Below, piece after piece: positions 40,235 through 51,242 of a DNA stretch of 64,000 nt (its first letter is position 1; each line of letters starts with the position of its first letter). Where the stretch lies: contig CDROCS010000506.1 in NCBI GenBank assembly GCA_977020255.1, forward strand, positions 186,001 to 250,000. The letters are read 5' to 3'. The stretch comes from Obrimoposthia wandeli. Taxonomy: Eukaryota. A program made the translations under genes and the position numbers. The notes below the pieces were generated by a model, which was not told where the DNA came from, did not search any database, and saw nothing but the letters and a program-made list of their open reading frames with translations.

Positions 40235-40417
40235 CTAACGATAAGAAATAATATATATTACAAAGGGATGATCGACAATACCAAGCATAACTAAAGTGAT
40301 ATAAGTAACTGGCGTTATATTCAAATAACAAGACTCAGCTACAAAAAATCTATTCTGATGTAGCGTATCTACAATATACCACCAGATTGAAAACGTCCTT
40401 GGCGACAAACATACCAT
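40235..40417 (-). CDS. Possible small membrane protein or gene remnant
   Basis: 60-aa ORF with hydrophobic C-terminus; no clear RBS or family. Confidence 0.3.
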   Translation of the reverse strand: MVCLSPRTFSIWWYIVDTLHQNRFFVAESCYLNITPVTYITLVMLGIVDHPFVIYIISYR

Positions 40418-40610
40418 TGAGTGATGCTGAGAATTGGCTAATGTTAATCTAAACTTCCTTATCTATATCGCATTGTAGACACTTACGTTGATTATAGTAA
40501 CACTGTGAAATACACCTAAATCGTATTAAATCGACGGCGTTAAAATCGTGATCAAGATCTCATTTCCAGTCAATCTCCTTTTATACTGAGGATCATGTAT
40601 AGTGGCGCGC

Positions 40611-40699
40611 GGCGACTATCTCTAATGTGAATAGCAATCGTGCAGAGTCAACCAATAGGGCATGCCATTGTTCTTATCCCGCACATTTGAAATATCGCC
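40611..40699 (+). ncRNA. Candidate structured 5' leader RNA
   Basis: GGCGACTATCTCTAATGTG pairs with CACATTTGAAATATCGCC; inner CAAT-AG-GGCATGCC-ATTG hairpin; ends ~25 nt before ATG. Confidence 0.4.
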
Positions 40700-40723
40700 A
40701 CAACAATAACCCCAAGGAGACCT

Positions 40724-42226
40724 ATGTTAGACCCTGTGTTTTACCAATTTTCAACCAGTACTACTCTTATTCTCTTAGTCGGTTTTTACGGCCTTACATT
40801 CCTCTTCTCAACCTTAGCTTCAAAAAAATCTGATAGTGTCGACGGTTATATGGTTGCCAATGGCGCAGTCGGATTTGGAATAGCAGCAGCAAGTATGACA
40901 GCAACCTGGATTTGGGCAGCCTCTTTTTACGGCGCAGCAAGTTCAGGCTACCAATATGGCTTATCCGGATCTTTGCACTACGGATTCTGGGGAGCCTTGA
41001 TGATATTGTTTATCTATCCCTACGGCCAACGCTTCCGTGAACTAGCCCCTAGAGCACGTACCTTAGCAGAAATAATGCAAGCAAGGCACGGAACATCAAG
41101 TCAGCTTATCTTAGCGATTTCAAACTTAGTTGGCAGCATCATTAGCCTAATGGTTAACTTCACCGCAGCGGGCGCGTTAGTGTCTGTACTTACACCACTG
41201 TCTTTTGAAACGGGTGTAATGATTGCCGGTGTTGGTGTTTTATCTTATACCTTATGGTCCGGTTTTAGGGCTTCGATCCTAACCGACTTTGCACAAGTTG
41301 TGGCAATGATGCTCGTCGCGATTGTGCTGATCCCTTGGATTTATTTCAACATGGGCGGTTCAGAAGCACTGTCACAAGGCTTCGATATAATCACTGCTGA
41401 ACAGGCCGATTTTTTCTCGACTAAAGCCATGTTAGAACAAGGCGCACCATTTTTTGTCGCTGTTCTTGCCTACGGTATTGGTAATCAAACCATTGCTCAG
41501 CGACTTTTCGCAGTACGCCAAGACTTGATTAAATCGTCATTTATTACCGCGACACTAGGCTATGGCTCAATAGTTATCGGTTTAGGTATGCTTGGTATGA
41601 TGGCACTATTCATGGGCATGACGCCGTATGAAGGTGATTTAAACAACCTTATTCCCCAAGTTGCTTCTGCCTACCTACCTCCTGTTGCGATAGGCATGCT
41701 GTTTATCTTAGTGATTGGCTCTTTGTCATCAACGGCCGATTCAGATCTGTCTGCACTTTCTGCCATTGTCATGACTGATATCTACGCTAAAAACTTAGCC
41801 AAAGGTAAAATAGACAATAAGAAGATGTTACTGCTAGGTCGTATAACCATGATTATCGCGACAGCGCTTGGCTTAATACTAGCAAGTTTCTCACTCGACA
41901 TTCTAGTGATGTTGGTATTCGTCGGGGCATTATGGGGGACGCTTGTGTTCCCTGTTATCTCCAGTTGTTACTGGGACAGAGTCACCAACCGCGCATTTTT
42001 AAGCGCTGTACTTGGTGGTTTAATTCTATTTTGCTTAGTTCGTTTTGAATGGATAGCACTTGTTGGTGCGTGGGCTTCAAGCTTAGAGTTCATTGCGGCT
42101 GTCGGTGGTGGTACTGTCATTGGTTTGATGTTCTTCGGCTTTACAAATCGCAACGTAGCGCTTATCGCAGGATCGATTGTAGGTGTGTTATGCGCTTACT
42201 ATTTCCACGATTTTTTACGTGACTAG
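40724..42226 (+). CDS. Sodium:solute symporter (DUR3-like subfamily); 3' end probably disrupted
   Basis: SMTATWIWAAS, ILTDFAQ, LSSTADSDLSALS; hydrophobic coding-like sequence continues past the stop with indels. Confidence 0.8.
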   Translation: MLDPVFYQFSTSTTLILLVGFYGLTFLFSTLASKKSDSVDGYMVANGAVGFGIAAASMTATWIWAASFYGAASSGYQYGLSGSLHYGFWGALMILFIYPYGQRFRELAPRARTLAEIMQARHGTSSQLILAISNLVGSIISLMVNFTAAGALVSVLTPLSFETGVMIAGVGVLSYTLWSGFRASILTDFAQVVAMMLVAIVLIPWIYFNMGGSEALSQGFDIITAEQADFFSTKAMLEQGAPFFVAVLAYGIGNQTIAQRLFAVRQDLIKSSFITATLGYGSIVIGLGMLGMMALFMGMTPYEGDLNNLIPQVASAYLPPVAIGMLFILVIGSLSSTADSDLSALSAIVMTDIYAKNLAKGKIDNKKMLLLGRITMIIATALGLILASFSLDILVMLVFVGALWGTLVFPVISSCYWDRVTNRAFLSAVLGGLILFCLVRFEWIALVGAWASSLEFIAAVGGGTVIGLMFFGFTNRNVALIAGSIVGVLCAYYFHDFLRD

Positions 42227-42851
42227 TTAATTCCGTGTTGCTCGGCCTCTGTTACCTGCTTGCTGGGCAAGTTGTACATCACACTAATTACTGTACTGTG
42301 GTTAGCCTGCAAGCAACGCACGAACAAAGCTTCTTAATTTTATTGATCCATGAACGGTCTTTGTGTCAGCATTTCGATGATGAGTAGCTATTTTATCATT
42401 AATCACTATTTGATCATTAAAAGCTAAGGACACAAAATTATGTTATCATTTGCTATTTGATATGGCATTTTTTTCATCGTGCTTTCAGCGGCAGTAGCTG
42501 TTCGCTGTAAGAACCAAACAGGTAGTCCAAGCGCTTTTTTGTAAAGATATTGTTGTATGGCCAAGCGCGCTGCAAGATCGCTATACATCTAAGCTAAATG
42601 AAATACACAAAAGCCATACAACTCATGACTAAAATTCTATAGAGTATGTGGAGCCATGTGAATACCACATACGGCTTTTATATCTTTCAAGGTTAACGCA
42701 ATAACGCATTCTAATTTATTCTCAGCATGACTAAATTATAATTATACTTGGCTAAACATAAAAATGGCCTGTATAAACAGGTGAATAAGATACAAGGCAA
42801 TATTGAGGATGGTGATAAGACGTTATCAAATAAAAACACTGCTTTAGATGA

Positions 42852-43313
42852 CTAAAACAGCCTTGAAGGTGGACGCATTGCAGTAAAATGGCAGAGCGAT
42901 CTTAAGCCTCTCTGCCATGCCAATACTGGCTCTGCACTGTCAATATACGTTAAGTACTGTGACCAAAGTTCATGAGTACGTTGTTGCGTAAGCTTAGTCC
43001 GACAGCTTAACGTCATCATCACCCGCATTGAACCATCCCTGAACATAGTAAAAACCGAATCACACTGTGATTTACTATACGATTGCCATGCCGATTGTGC
43101 GATGTTGATCGACTCTACAACATCGGTATCCTCGGTATGTTGGGCAATACTTTTATCTAGATAGCGCTCCATTTCAGCTTCAGCTTTGTCTAATTCTACT
43201 TTAGCGCAGTAATTAATTTCTAATGTATTAATCGCTTTATCGCAGTCTACAGAGGTCGCCATTGCTGCAAAGCTGCACGCACTCATGAGTAACAATGTAA
43301 TTACCTTTACCAT
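42852..43313 (-). CDS. LprI/DUF1311 family secreted protein
   Basis: Signal peptide, DC...EINYCA, AQSAWQSYSKSQC, SCRTKLTQQRT. Confidence 0.8.
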   Translation of the reverse strand: MVKVITLLLMSACSFAAMATSVDCDKAINTLEINYCAKVELDKAEAEMERYLDKSIAQHTEDTDVVESINIAQSAWQSYSKSQCDSVFTMFRDGSMRVMMTLSCRTKLTQQRTHELWSQYLTYIDSAEPVLAWQRGLRSLCHFTAMRPPSRLF

Positions 43314-43439
43314 TATAGAATCAGCCTAGATGTGAATAGGCTGACAATATAACGACATCTCACCATTAATCCAATTATTCTAACAACTGGTTTGATTAGT
43401 TTGGTGTTATGAGCTAATTGTTATTAACAAAGAAACTTA

Positions 43440-44652
43440 TTAACCGTTATCCGCAGGAATACGCACCCAACCTTCCATTAAAATACGCGCGCTGCGGCTC
43501 ATGCTCGCTTTAGTAACGATCCATTGACCATCGACTTCACTTGCTTGTGCGCCCACCCGTAATGTCCCCGACGGGTGGCCGAAATTGACCGAATCACGGT
43601 TACCGCCACCAGCCGCCAAATTAACGAGTGTGCCAGGTACTGCAGCTGCAGCACCAATCGCAACAGCTGCCGTGCCCATCATCGCGTGATGCAGTTTACC
43701 CATAGACAACGCACGCACGGATAAATCAATATCGCTAGCGGCAATACGTTTATCACTTGAGGATATATAGTCCGCAGGCTTAGCCACAAACGCAACTTTA
43801 GGTGTATGCTGGCGCTGTTCAGCTTCAGATATGTCTGCTATTAACCCCATCTGCACTGCACCATAAGCACGAATAGTTTCAAACATGGCTAACGCTGTAA
43901 CATCATTATTAATCGCATCTTGCAGCTCTATACCAGCGTAACCAACATCTTCAGCATTGATAAAGATAGTGGGAATACCCGCATTAATCATCGTGGCTTT
44001 TAGCGTTCCACCAGCCACAACCGACTCCGGCACTAGCAAATCATCAATCAGATTACCGGTCGGGAACATAGACCCTTCACCATCTGCTGGATGCATAAAT
44101 TCTACCAGCACTTCCGCGGCAGGAAATGTTACGCCATCCAGCTCAAAGTCACCGGTTTCTTGCACCAAGCCATTGGTCATCGGCACATGGGCAATAATGG
44201 TTTTGCCAATATTAGCTTGCCAAATACGGACAATAGCAATGCCGTTTTCTGGAATGCGGCTCACATCAACCAAACCACTGGTAATCGCAAAAAGAGCCCT
44301 GAGCAACAGAGTTTTGCACAGTTGTGCCGTCGCTCAATCCACACGAAATGGGTTTATCAATCGATACCTGACCAAACAGATAATCGACATCATGATCGGC
44401 TTTATCGGTTGCCGATACGATCACTGTTTTACTGGTACTTGAGGTTGCACCACCCATACCATCGGTTTGTTTACCATAAGGATCCGGGCTGCCAATCACC
44501 CGCAGTAACAACGCATCACGCGCTGTTCCCGGTATTTGTGCCGCTTGTGGCAAGTCAACAAGGTTAAAAAACACCCCCTTGCTGGTGCCGCCACGCATGT
44601 AAGTAGCGGCGATCTTAAGCTGTGGTAAATACGCTCTACTATTTATTATCAT
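43440..44652 (-). pseudogene. prpF: 2-methylaconitate cis-trans isomerase, frameshifted
   Basis: YMRGGTSKG, GGATSSTSK, HHAMMGT, RSARILMEG; reading frame scrambled at ~44270-44350 (expected WSGNCGN). Confidence 0.88.
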
Positions 44653-44686
44653 CTATCCTGTTCCCCATCATGTATCGTATTCCTCA

Positions 44687-47321
44687 TTAGGCTTCACTTG
44701 ATTCAAGGAAGTCCTGTGCAAAGCGTTGCAATACACCACCGGCGCTGTAGATAGACACTTCTTCTGCGGTATCTAGACGACAAGTAACAGGCACTTCAAC
44801 CTTTTCACCATTGGTACGATTAATGATTAACGTCAATGCACATCCAGGCGTTGGTTCACCGATAACATCAAAGGTTTCACTGCCATCAATCGCACGGCGG
44901 GTCTTTCCTCCACTTAATTCGAAACTAATACCTCATACCCACCTAAGTTTACGTTCGATAGTGAATACGCTCAAGCAGCTGCAACAATCGCTTCTACACC
45001 CGCGAGACGAACGCCTTTCGCCGCCCAATCACGTGAAGACCCTTGACCATAATCTGCACCTGCGACAATAATCAGTGGTTGTTTACGCGCCATGTAGGTT
45101 TCAATCGCTTCCCACATACGAGTCACCGTGCCTTCTGGTTCGATACGCGCTAATGAGCCTTGCTTAACTTGACCGTTTTCTAACACCATTTCATTGTTCA
45201 ATTTCGGATTAGCAAAGGTCGCCCAGCTCGCTGCCCGTCAGTGATCACGATTGAGCGCGTACGAGTTAAAATCAACTTCAGAAGCCCGTTTATCTACGCT
45301 GCACCATCGCTATAATGCGTTAGTAGTTGCCGATAAATGGTCGTGGTAATATTGTCTTATTTTGCGCGAGGGACGTATGCCTGCTAAGAGTACGCTCACC
45401 CGCTAAGGCACCTTCCCAATAAGGAGGTCGACGAATATAAGTACTCATTTCACGCCAATCATACAGCGGGTCTATTTGGTCGCCATAATCAACGCTGCAT
45501 TCTATCTCTTTACCGGTATCAGTACCTATATCAGAGCCACCATCAGAATCAGAACCAACAGCAGTACCAAACATGGGGTTATAAACTTGGCGGAATTGTT
45601 CTGGTTTGACACTGGCCTTAAGCACTGCGTCAATCTCTTCATCATTTGGCCAAATGTCTTTCAGGGTGATGGCATTACCAGCCTGATCATAACCAAGTGC
45701 ATCACGTTCAATATCAAAACGAATAGTCCCGGCAATTGCATAGGCAACCACTAACGGTGGCGAGGCAATAAAAGCTTCATTGGCGTGTGGATGAATACGG
45801 CCATCAAAGTTACGATTTCCCGACAATACCGCGGTGGCATATAAATCACGATCTAAGATCTCTTGTTGAATAACCGGATCCAGCGCCCCACTCATGCCAT
45901 TACATGACGTACAAGCAAACGCCACGATACCAAAACCAAGTTGCTCGAGTTCAGGTAATAATGTCGCTTCTTCGAGGTAAAGTTGCACTGCTTTTGAACC
46001 CGGTGCCAGTGATGTTTTAACCCAAGGTTTACGGGTTAAGCCAAGTGCATTGGCATTACGGGCAATCAAACCTGCTGCAATCATGTTGCGTGGATTACTG
46101 GTATTAGTACAACTGGTGATAGCAGCGATGATCACTGCGCCATCTGGCATTTTACCCGGTTCATTTTCGACTTTACCGCTGATACCACGCTTGCCATAGT
46201 TCAAACATTACAGCATCTGTTGCGATATTACGGCACACGGTCGATAAATAAATCGGTCGATAAATCGAATGTTAATACACGCTCATATTCAACATTAGCT
46301 AAATCATCAGCCCATAGGCCCGTTTCTTTGGCATACGTTTCCACCAACTTAACTTGTTCGTCTTCACGACCCGTTAACTTAAGGTAATCAATGGTCTGTT
46401 CATCGATAGAGAATAACGCAGCTGTCGCACCGTATTCCGGCGTCATATTTGAAATAGTAGCGCGATCACCTAGGGTCAGATGCGGCACACCTGCACCATA
46501 AAATTCGAGATAACTGGAAACGACTTTCTGTGCACGCAGGAATTCTGTCAATGCCAACACGGTATCTGTTGCTGTCATCCCTGCTGGTGGTTTACCCGTT
46601 AGCTCAACACCAATAATGTCCGGTAAACGCATATATGACGCACGACCTAGCATCACACTTTCAGCTTCGAGTCCACCAACAATGGCTCGCCCGCTGGCAT
46701 CAACCATAGGCGTATGGCTATCTGTTTGCCGAAACTATATCAGAAACGCCACACATCCAGAATTTGGACTCACCGAGTGACATACGCTTCTAAAGTTATT
46801 TGATGCAGAATGCTGCGTTACCTGGCGTGATCACATGATATTCTTAAAAGCTGTTTGTCAATTAATAAAATGAAAACGGTCATCGTTGCGCGCAAGATCT
46901 TCAATGGCACGGTTTTAAACGCATCGCAGGATCGAAACCCGCATGTTCAACAGCCAATGAATGGTCGACAATCAGGCATAATTGCGTTGGCACTACACAG
47001 GATTGACACTTGGATTGGATGCGCCACTTTCGCTGCATCGCATCGCCGGCGGCCAGATCAACCTAAGCGGTTTGGCCCGCACAAATATCATGGCAACACA
47101 ACACACGTGCCGGAAACCACGGAAATCAAGGTCTCGCGCTCAATAGTGCTTTAAAGGCGGTTAATGCCGCAGGTTCACAGCGACGCACCAAATTCTCGGC
47201 AAATACTCGAGATGTATAAGGCAAGGTGGCATACGCGCCAGCTTGAATGTCGTCAACAGCAGCGCGAGTATCAAAATAATCCAGTTCACTGCCAGGTAAC
47301 GCTTTACGATAATGTATTCAT
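44687..47321 (-). pseudogene. acnD: Fe/S-dependent 2-methylisocitrate dehydratase, multiply frameshifted
   Basis: Fragments: LPYTSRVFAENL, GGLEAESVMLG, IAAITSCTNTSNP, CTSCNG, GSSRDWAAKG, LQRFAQDFL. Confidence 0.88.
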
Positions 47322-47330
47322 ATCTTATTA

Positions 47331-48482
47331 TCTCTAAGAAATTGGTGTAACAACTCTTGACCATATATAATCTGCACTTGGGCTAATAATAAAGTTATTA
47401 CTAACGCTGTTCCATCATGCGCGCAGCCAGCATTAAAAACGTGAGCAGACAAAAATAGTAAACAGTTTCGTCGGAATGCCCATGAAAATGACTAAGCAGA
47501 GCATACGGGAAAAATCCGTACAGAACAGTTTTTTTATGCTATCCCACATAAATTCAGGGGCTCACAGGCAACTGAAATGTCACATCAACGTGTCGGTGTA
47601 TCATAAATAGTTTTTCTGGGCCATTTTTTGATGAAATTACGCGGATCCGAAGTACTGTAGATAGCCAGCGCTTATGACCAAAAGCCCGCGATGATTTTCT
47701 CTTTACGCGCTATGATTTTCTCTTTACTTTTTCAGCATGCCGTCTTTGTATTTTGGCATCTGCTGGTGACGTGAATTTTTGGATCATATCCATCGCCGCT
47801 TCATTCGCACCACCGTGTAAAGGTCCACGCAAAGTTCCCGAAAACATATCCGGTGACAAAGAGAACATGTCAAATAACCGTCGATAACGCGACACAATCG
47901 ACGCACAGCGCACTAAAGGTCGATGCATTCTCATTCGTGGCATATATGAATCAACGATACATCCATCACGCGGCGGCGTGTTCAGACGGCGTACTCTCGC
48001 CACGTAGGCAAGAAAATGACCGCCAATGACGCTTCACTGTGTATTTGTCAATTTCCACGCCATCATGAGAATAACGATACCAGTAACACATGATTGCAGG
48101 GAACGCAGCCAGTAGACGATTGGCCGCTTTATGCTGCGCTGAAAAGTCAGCTTCAGGTTCAATATTACCTAAGAATGAGCAACCGGTACGCATGACATCC
48201 ATTGGGTGGGCGTCTGCTGGTATATGTTGTAATACTTCTTTTAACGATTGCGGTAAATCGCGCAGTGTATGCAATTGCGCTTTATAAGTTTCCAGCTGAT
48301 CAAGTGTCGGCAATTCGCCGTTAAACAATAAATAAGCCACTTCTTCAAAGGTTGCGTTCTCGGCCAGATCCGCCACATCATAACCGCAATAAGTTAAACC
48401 GCTGCCTGACTTTCCAACGGTACAAAGTGCAGCAACCTGCCTTTTGATGCGAAGCCTGCGCACAAAATTTTTTGTCTGTCAT
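47331..48482 (-). pseudogene. prpC: 2-methylcitrate synthase, multiply frameshifted
   Basis: ALCTVGKSG..LTYCGY, AHPMDVMRTG, GPLHGGANE, MEQR..PSADY remnants. Confidence 0.85.
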
Positions 48483-48667
48483 CATTATTCCCTTAAAGTA
48501 ATTTAAACTGTTAATTTCAAACAGAATAGCAACTCTACATAATGCGCAATGCTTTTGACTGCAATTGGTCACTCTGCGCAACATCACTGTGCTACCCGAT
48601 TGATGATTTCTATGTTTATTTCTTTAATAAAGTCGATTTCTTCAATATCTGTTATGCCTTCGACTGT

Positions 48668-49571
48668 TTATTTATTCTTACCTTCCGAGAACAGCGTATC
48701 TAGCTTTTGTTCGTAGTCGTGGTAACCAAGATAATCATATAAATCCATACGTGTTTGCATGTTACCCACCACGGCTTTTTGATCCCCATCCGTCAATAAG
48801 GTTTTATATACTTGTTCCGCGGCTTTATTCATCGCGCGGAATGCCGATAATGGGTAAAGCACCATCGCGCAACCCCATTCACCAAGCTGTTCTTTATTCC
48901 ATAATTCGGTTTGACCAAACTCGGTAATATTAGCGAGAATTGGCACATCTAACGCTGCAGAAAAAGCACGATAATGCGCTTCAGTTTTCACCGCTTCAGC
49001 AAAAATGCCGTCTGCGCCGGCCGCACTACGAGCAGGCTATCGCGGTTTCTTCTAAGTCCTTCTTGTGCTTGTGCGAGAGATCAGTACGCGCCATAATGAA
49101 AAAATCAGGATCCGTGCGCGCATCAACAGCAGCCTTGATACGGTCAACCATTTCTGCGGTCGATACAATTTCTTTATTTGGGCGATGACCACAACGTTTT
49201 TGTGCCACTTGGTCTTCTAAGTGAACGGCGGCGGCACCGGCTTTTTCCATATCACGGATAGTTTTAGCTATATTGAATGCCCCACCCCAACCAGTATCGA
49301 TATCCACCAGCAAAGGTAAACTCGATGCAGCAGTAATACGTTGCACATCGACAATCACATCATTCAATGACGTCATGCCTAAATCGGGTAGTCCATAAGA
49401 CGCATTCGCCACACCGCCACCAGAGAGATAAATAGCCTGATGGCCTAACTGTTCTGCCATCATGGCGCAATAGGCATTAATCGTACCGACCACTTGTAAG
49501 GGTTTATTGTTGGCCAAAGCTAAACGGAATTTAGCGCCGGGGGATAAACGTTGTGATGATGGTGTAGACAT
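48668..49571 (-). pseudogene. prpB: Methylisocitrate lyase, frameshifted near 49030-49070
   Basis: [24 protein letters not shown]; C-terminal ANITEFG in another frame. Confidence 0.9.
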
Positions 49572-49636
49572 ATTATTACTCTCCTTGAATTGGGGTAGAT
49601 GCTGTTACTGTCTTTAATTTTAGTTTCTGTGCAATT

Positions 49637-50332
49637 TTAGGTGCTCGGTAATTTTAATTGCTGTGTAATTTTAATTTCAATGTTTTTACGTGAAGCAGCG
49701 ATATGGCGGCGCATTAATATTTCGGCTAATTCACCATCTCGGTCACTAATGGCTTCGATAATTTGGGCGTGTTCTGAAAAAGCCCGGCTGGCTCTAGGGC
49801 TGTGCATACCAAACTGACAGCGGTACATGCGGACTAAGTGATAGAGTTGGCCACATATCAAATGAATGAGTTGGGCATTATGGCTGCCTAAAATGACTTT
49901 ATAATGAAAGTCTAAATCACCTTCTTCTTGATAATAAGCCACACCATCTTTCAGTGCTTGCGCCGATGCGTGTTGGTTAAGCATGGCTTTCATGTCGACA
50001 ATTTCGGCATCAGTCATGTTTTCTGCCGCTTGTCTGCATGCCATGCCTTCTAACGCTTCGCGTACAAAATACAGGTCGAGTAAACCTTGCGTTGTACATT
50101 GTACGACCCGTGAACCAACATTGGCTTTACGCTCAATTAAATGGCATTTCTCTAATCTATTTAATGCTTCACGCAGGGTAGAACGACTGACTTGGTAACG
50201 TTTTGCGAGTTCGGGTTCACTGATCTTACTGCCAGCGAGTATTTCACCGTCAACAATGGCACGTTGCATTTGCTCGAAGACTTTATCTGCTGTTGTCACA
50301 GCGACTATTTTTGTTGGGTCATCTAAAGGCAT
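49637..50332 (-). CDS. GntR/FadR-family regulator of the prp operon (PrpR-type)
   Basis: ISEPELAKRYQVSRSTLREAL HTH, FCD domain; likely start MPLDD at 50332 (track 50374). Confidence 0.88.
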   Translation of the reverse strand: MPLDDPTKIVAVTTADKVFEQMQRAIVDGEILAGSKISEPELAKRYQVSRSTLREALNRLEKCHLIERKANVGSRVVQCTTQGLLDLYFVREALEGMACRQAAENMTDAEIVDMKAMLNQHASAQALKDGVAYYQEEGDLDFHYKVILGSHNAQLIHLICGQLYHLVRMYRCQFGMHSPRASRAFSEHAQIIEAISDRDGELAEILMRRHIAASRKNIEIKITQQLKLPST

Positions 50333-50335
50333 AAG

Positions 50336-50347
50336 ATTGTCGACAAT
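50336..50347. promoter_or_regulatory. Putative PrpR (GntR) operator
   Basis: Perfect palindrome ATTGTCGACAAT just upstream of the likely regulator start; related CTTGTCAACATC at ~50384-50395. Confidence 0.6.
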
Positions 50348-50539
50348 GTTTGAATTTAATTCAATATCATTCATTTTTTACATCTTGTCAACATCCCAGC
50401 AACTAAATTGACGATTGCAGAACGGATAAATCGATAACACCAATACCTATTCCCATACTTTTTTCACCTACTAAGCTTTGCGAATATTGTTAAAATCATA
50501 AGCAATTAAATGACTTAGATAACTAAAATGGAAATACGT

Positions 50540-51220
50540 ATGTCAGACGCTTTTAAACTCATTAGGGCTAATACTTGGCGTGGTGATTTTCTGCAGCCAA
50601 ATGATTCGCGAACCCAAGTATAGCAATCCGTAACTCGGTATTTTTCGATATCCTTGTCGGTATTATCCATAACTGCATGTTTTTCGGTTCTGTTTAACGG
50701 TTTATTTAAGCGCATATTCAATGTGTTGGCATTTTCGCAGGTAAATTACTCAACAGCTCAGCATTGAAGACTATACAAGGTATATAGACTCACCGATTGA
50801 ATGGCTGGTGAGTCTGTGTTTGGTTTTGTGCGGCGTTTTACGATGACAATGACCAAAGGTACTAGCAGGGTCATATTACAACACTACCCAGTGTCGCTCG
50901 CTGCGCTGGTAAGCATATGGTTTTGTTTATTGGTGTGGCTGTGGTTGTGTATCAGCAAAGCATGGTTACAGGATATTAAGCCGATTCTATTCAGCAAGTG
51001 GCTAGCAATACCAATCTGTATTGGGTTCTGTTTTATATTAATGTGGGGCGACATTGCTGCAAGTTGGTTTTTTGCGCTCAATCATGACTGCAAGGTACTG
51101 ATCTGTCGCCATCACTGGGTCACACTAATGGCTCATTTGGACTACGGTTCGGTTCCTGGAAGTACAAAATTCAGTATTACCCTAACCGTGACACGCGTAC
51201 TTAGCTTGAGTTATCGTTAG
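50540..51220 (+). pseudogene. Possible degraded membrane-protein gene
   Basis: Hydrophobic ORF pieces (ATG 50540; track ORF 50801-51220) interrupted by stops; family not recognised. Confidence 0.3.
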
Positions 51221-51242
51221 TACCAATCGGCGCGCTACAAAC

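Noticed and set aside
40560-40720. TPP riboswitch (ThiV-like) before the SSS gene
   Set aside because: CTGAGG is present, but the ACCTGA, TAAT and CGNAGG elements are missing
40627-40833. 68-aa ORF overlapping the SSS start as a leader peptide
   Set aside because: Out of frame with and overlapping the SSS gene by >100 bp; no informative codon bias
31675-43440. attC (59-be/VCR) sites between small ORFs, including TAACAATTAG...CCAGTTGTTA near 43380-43425
   Set aside because: No spacer has RYYYAAC plus GTTRRRY with a paired 57-141 bp body; the best candidate is only ~43 bp
49020-49075. Programmed frameshift in prpB or prpF
   Set aside because: No slippery heptamer or stimulatory hairpin, and multiple scattered indels rather than one clean shift
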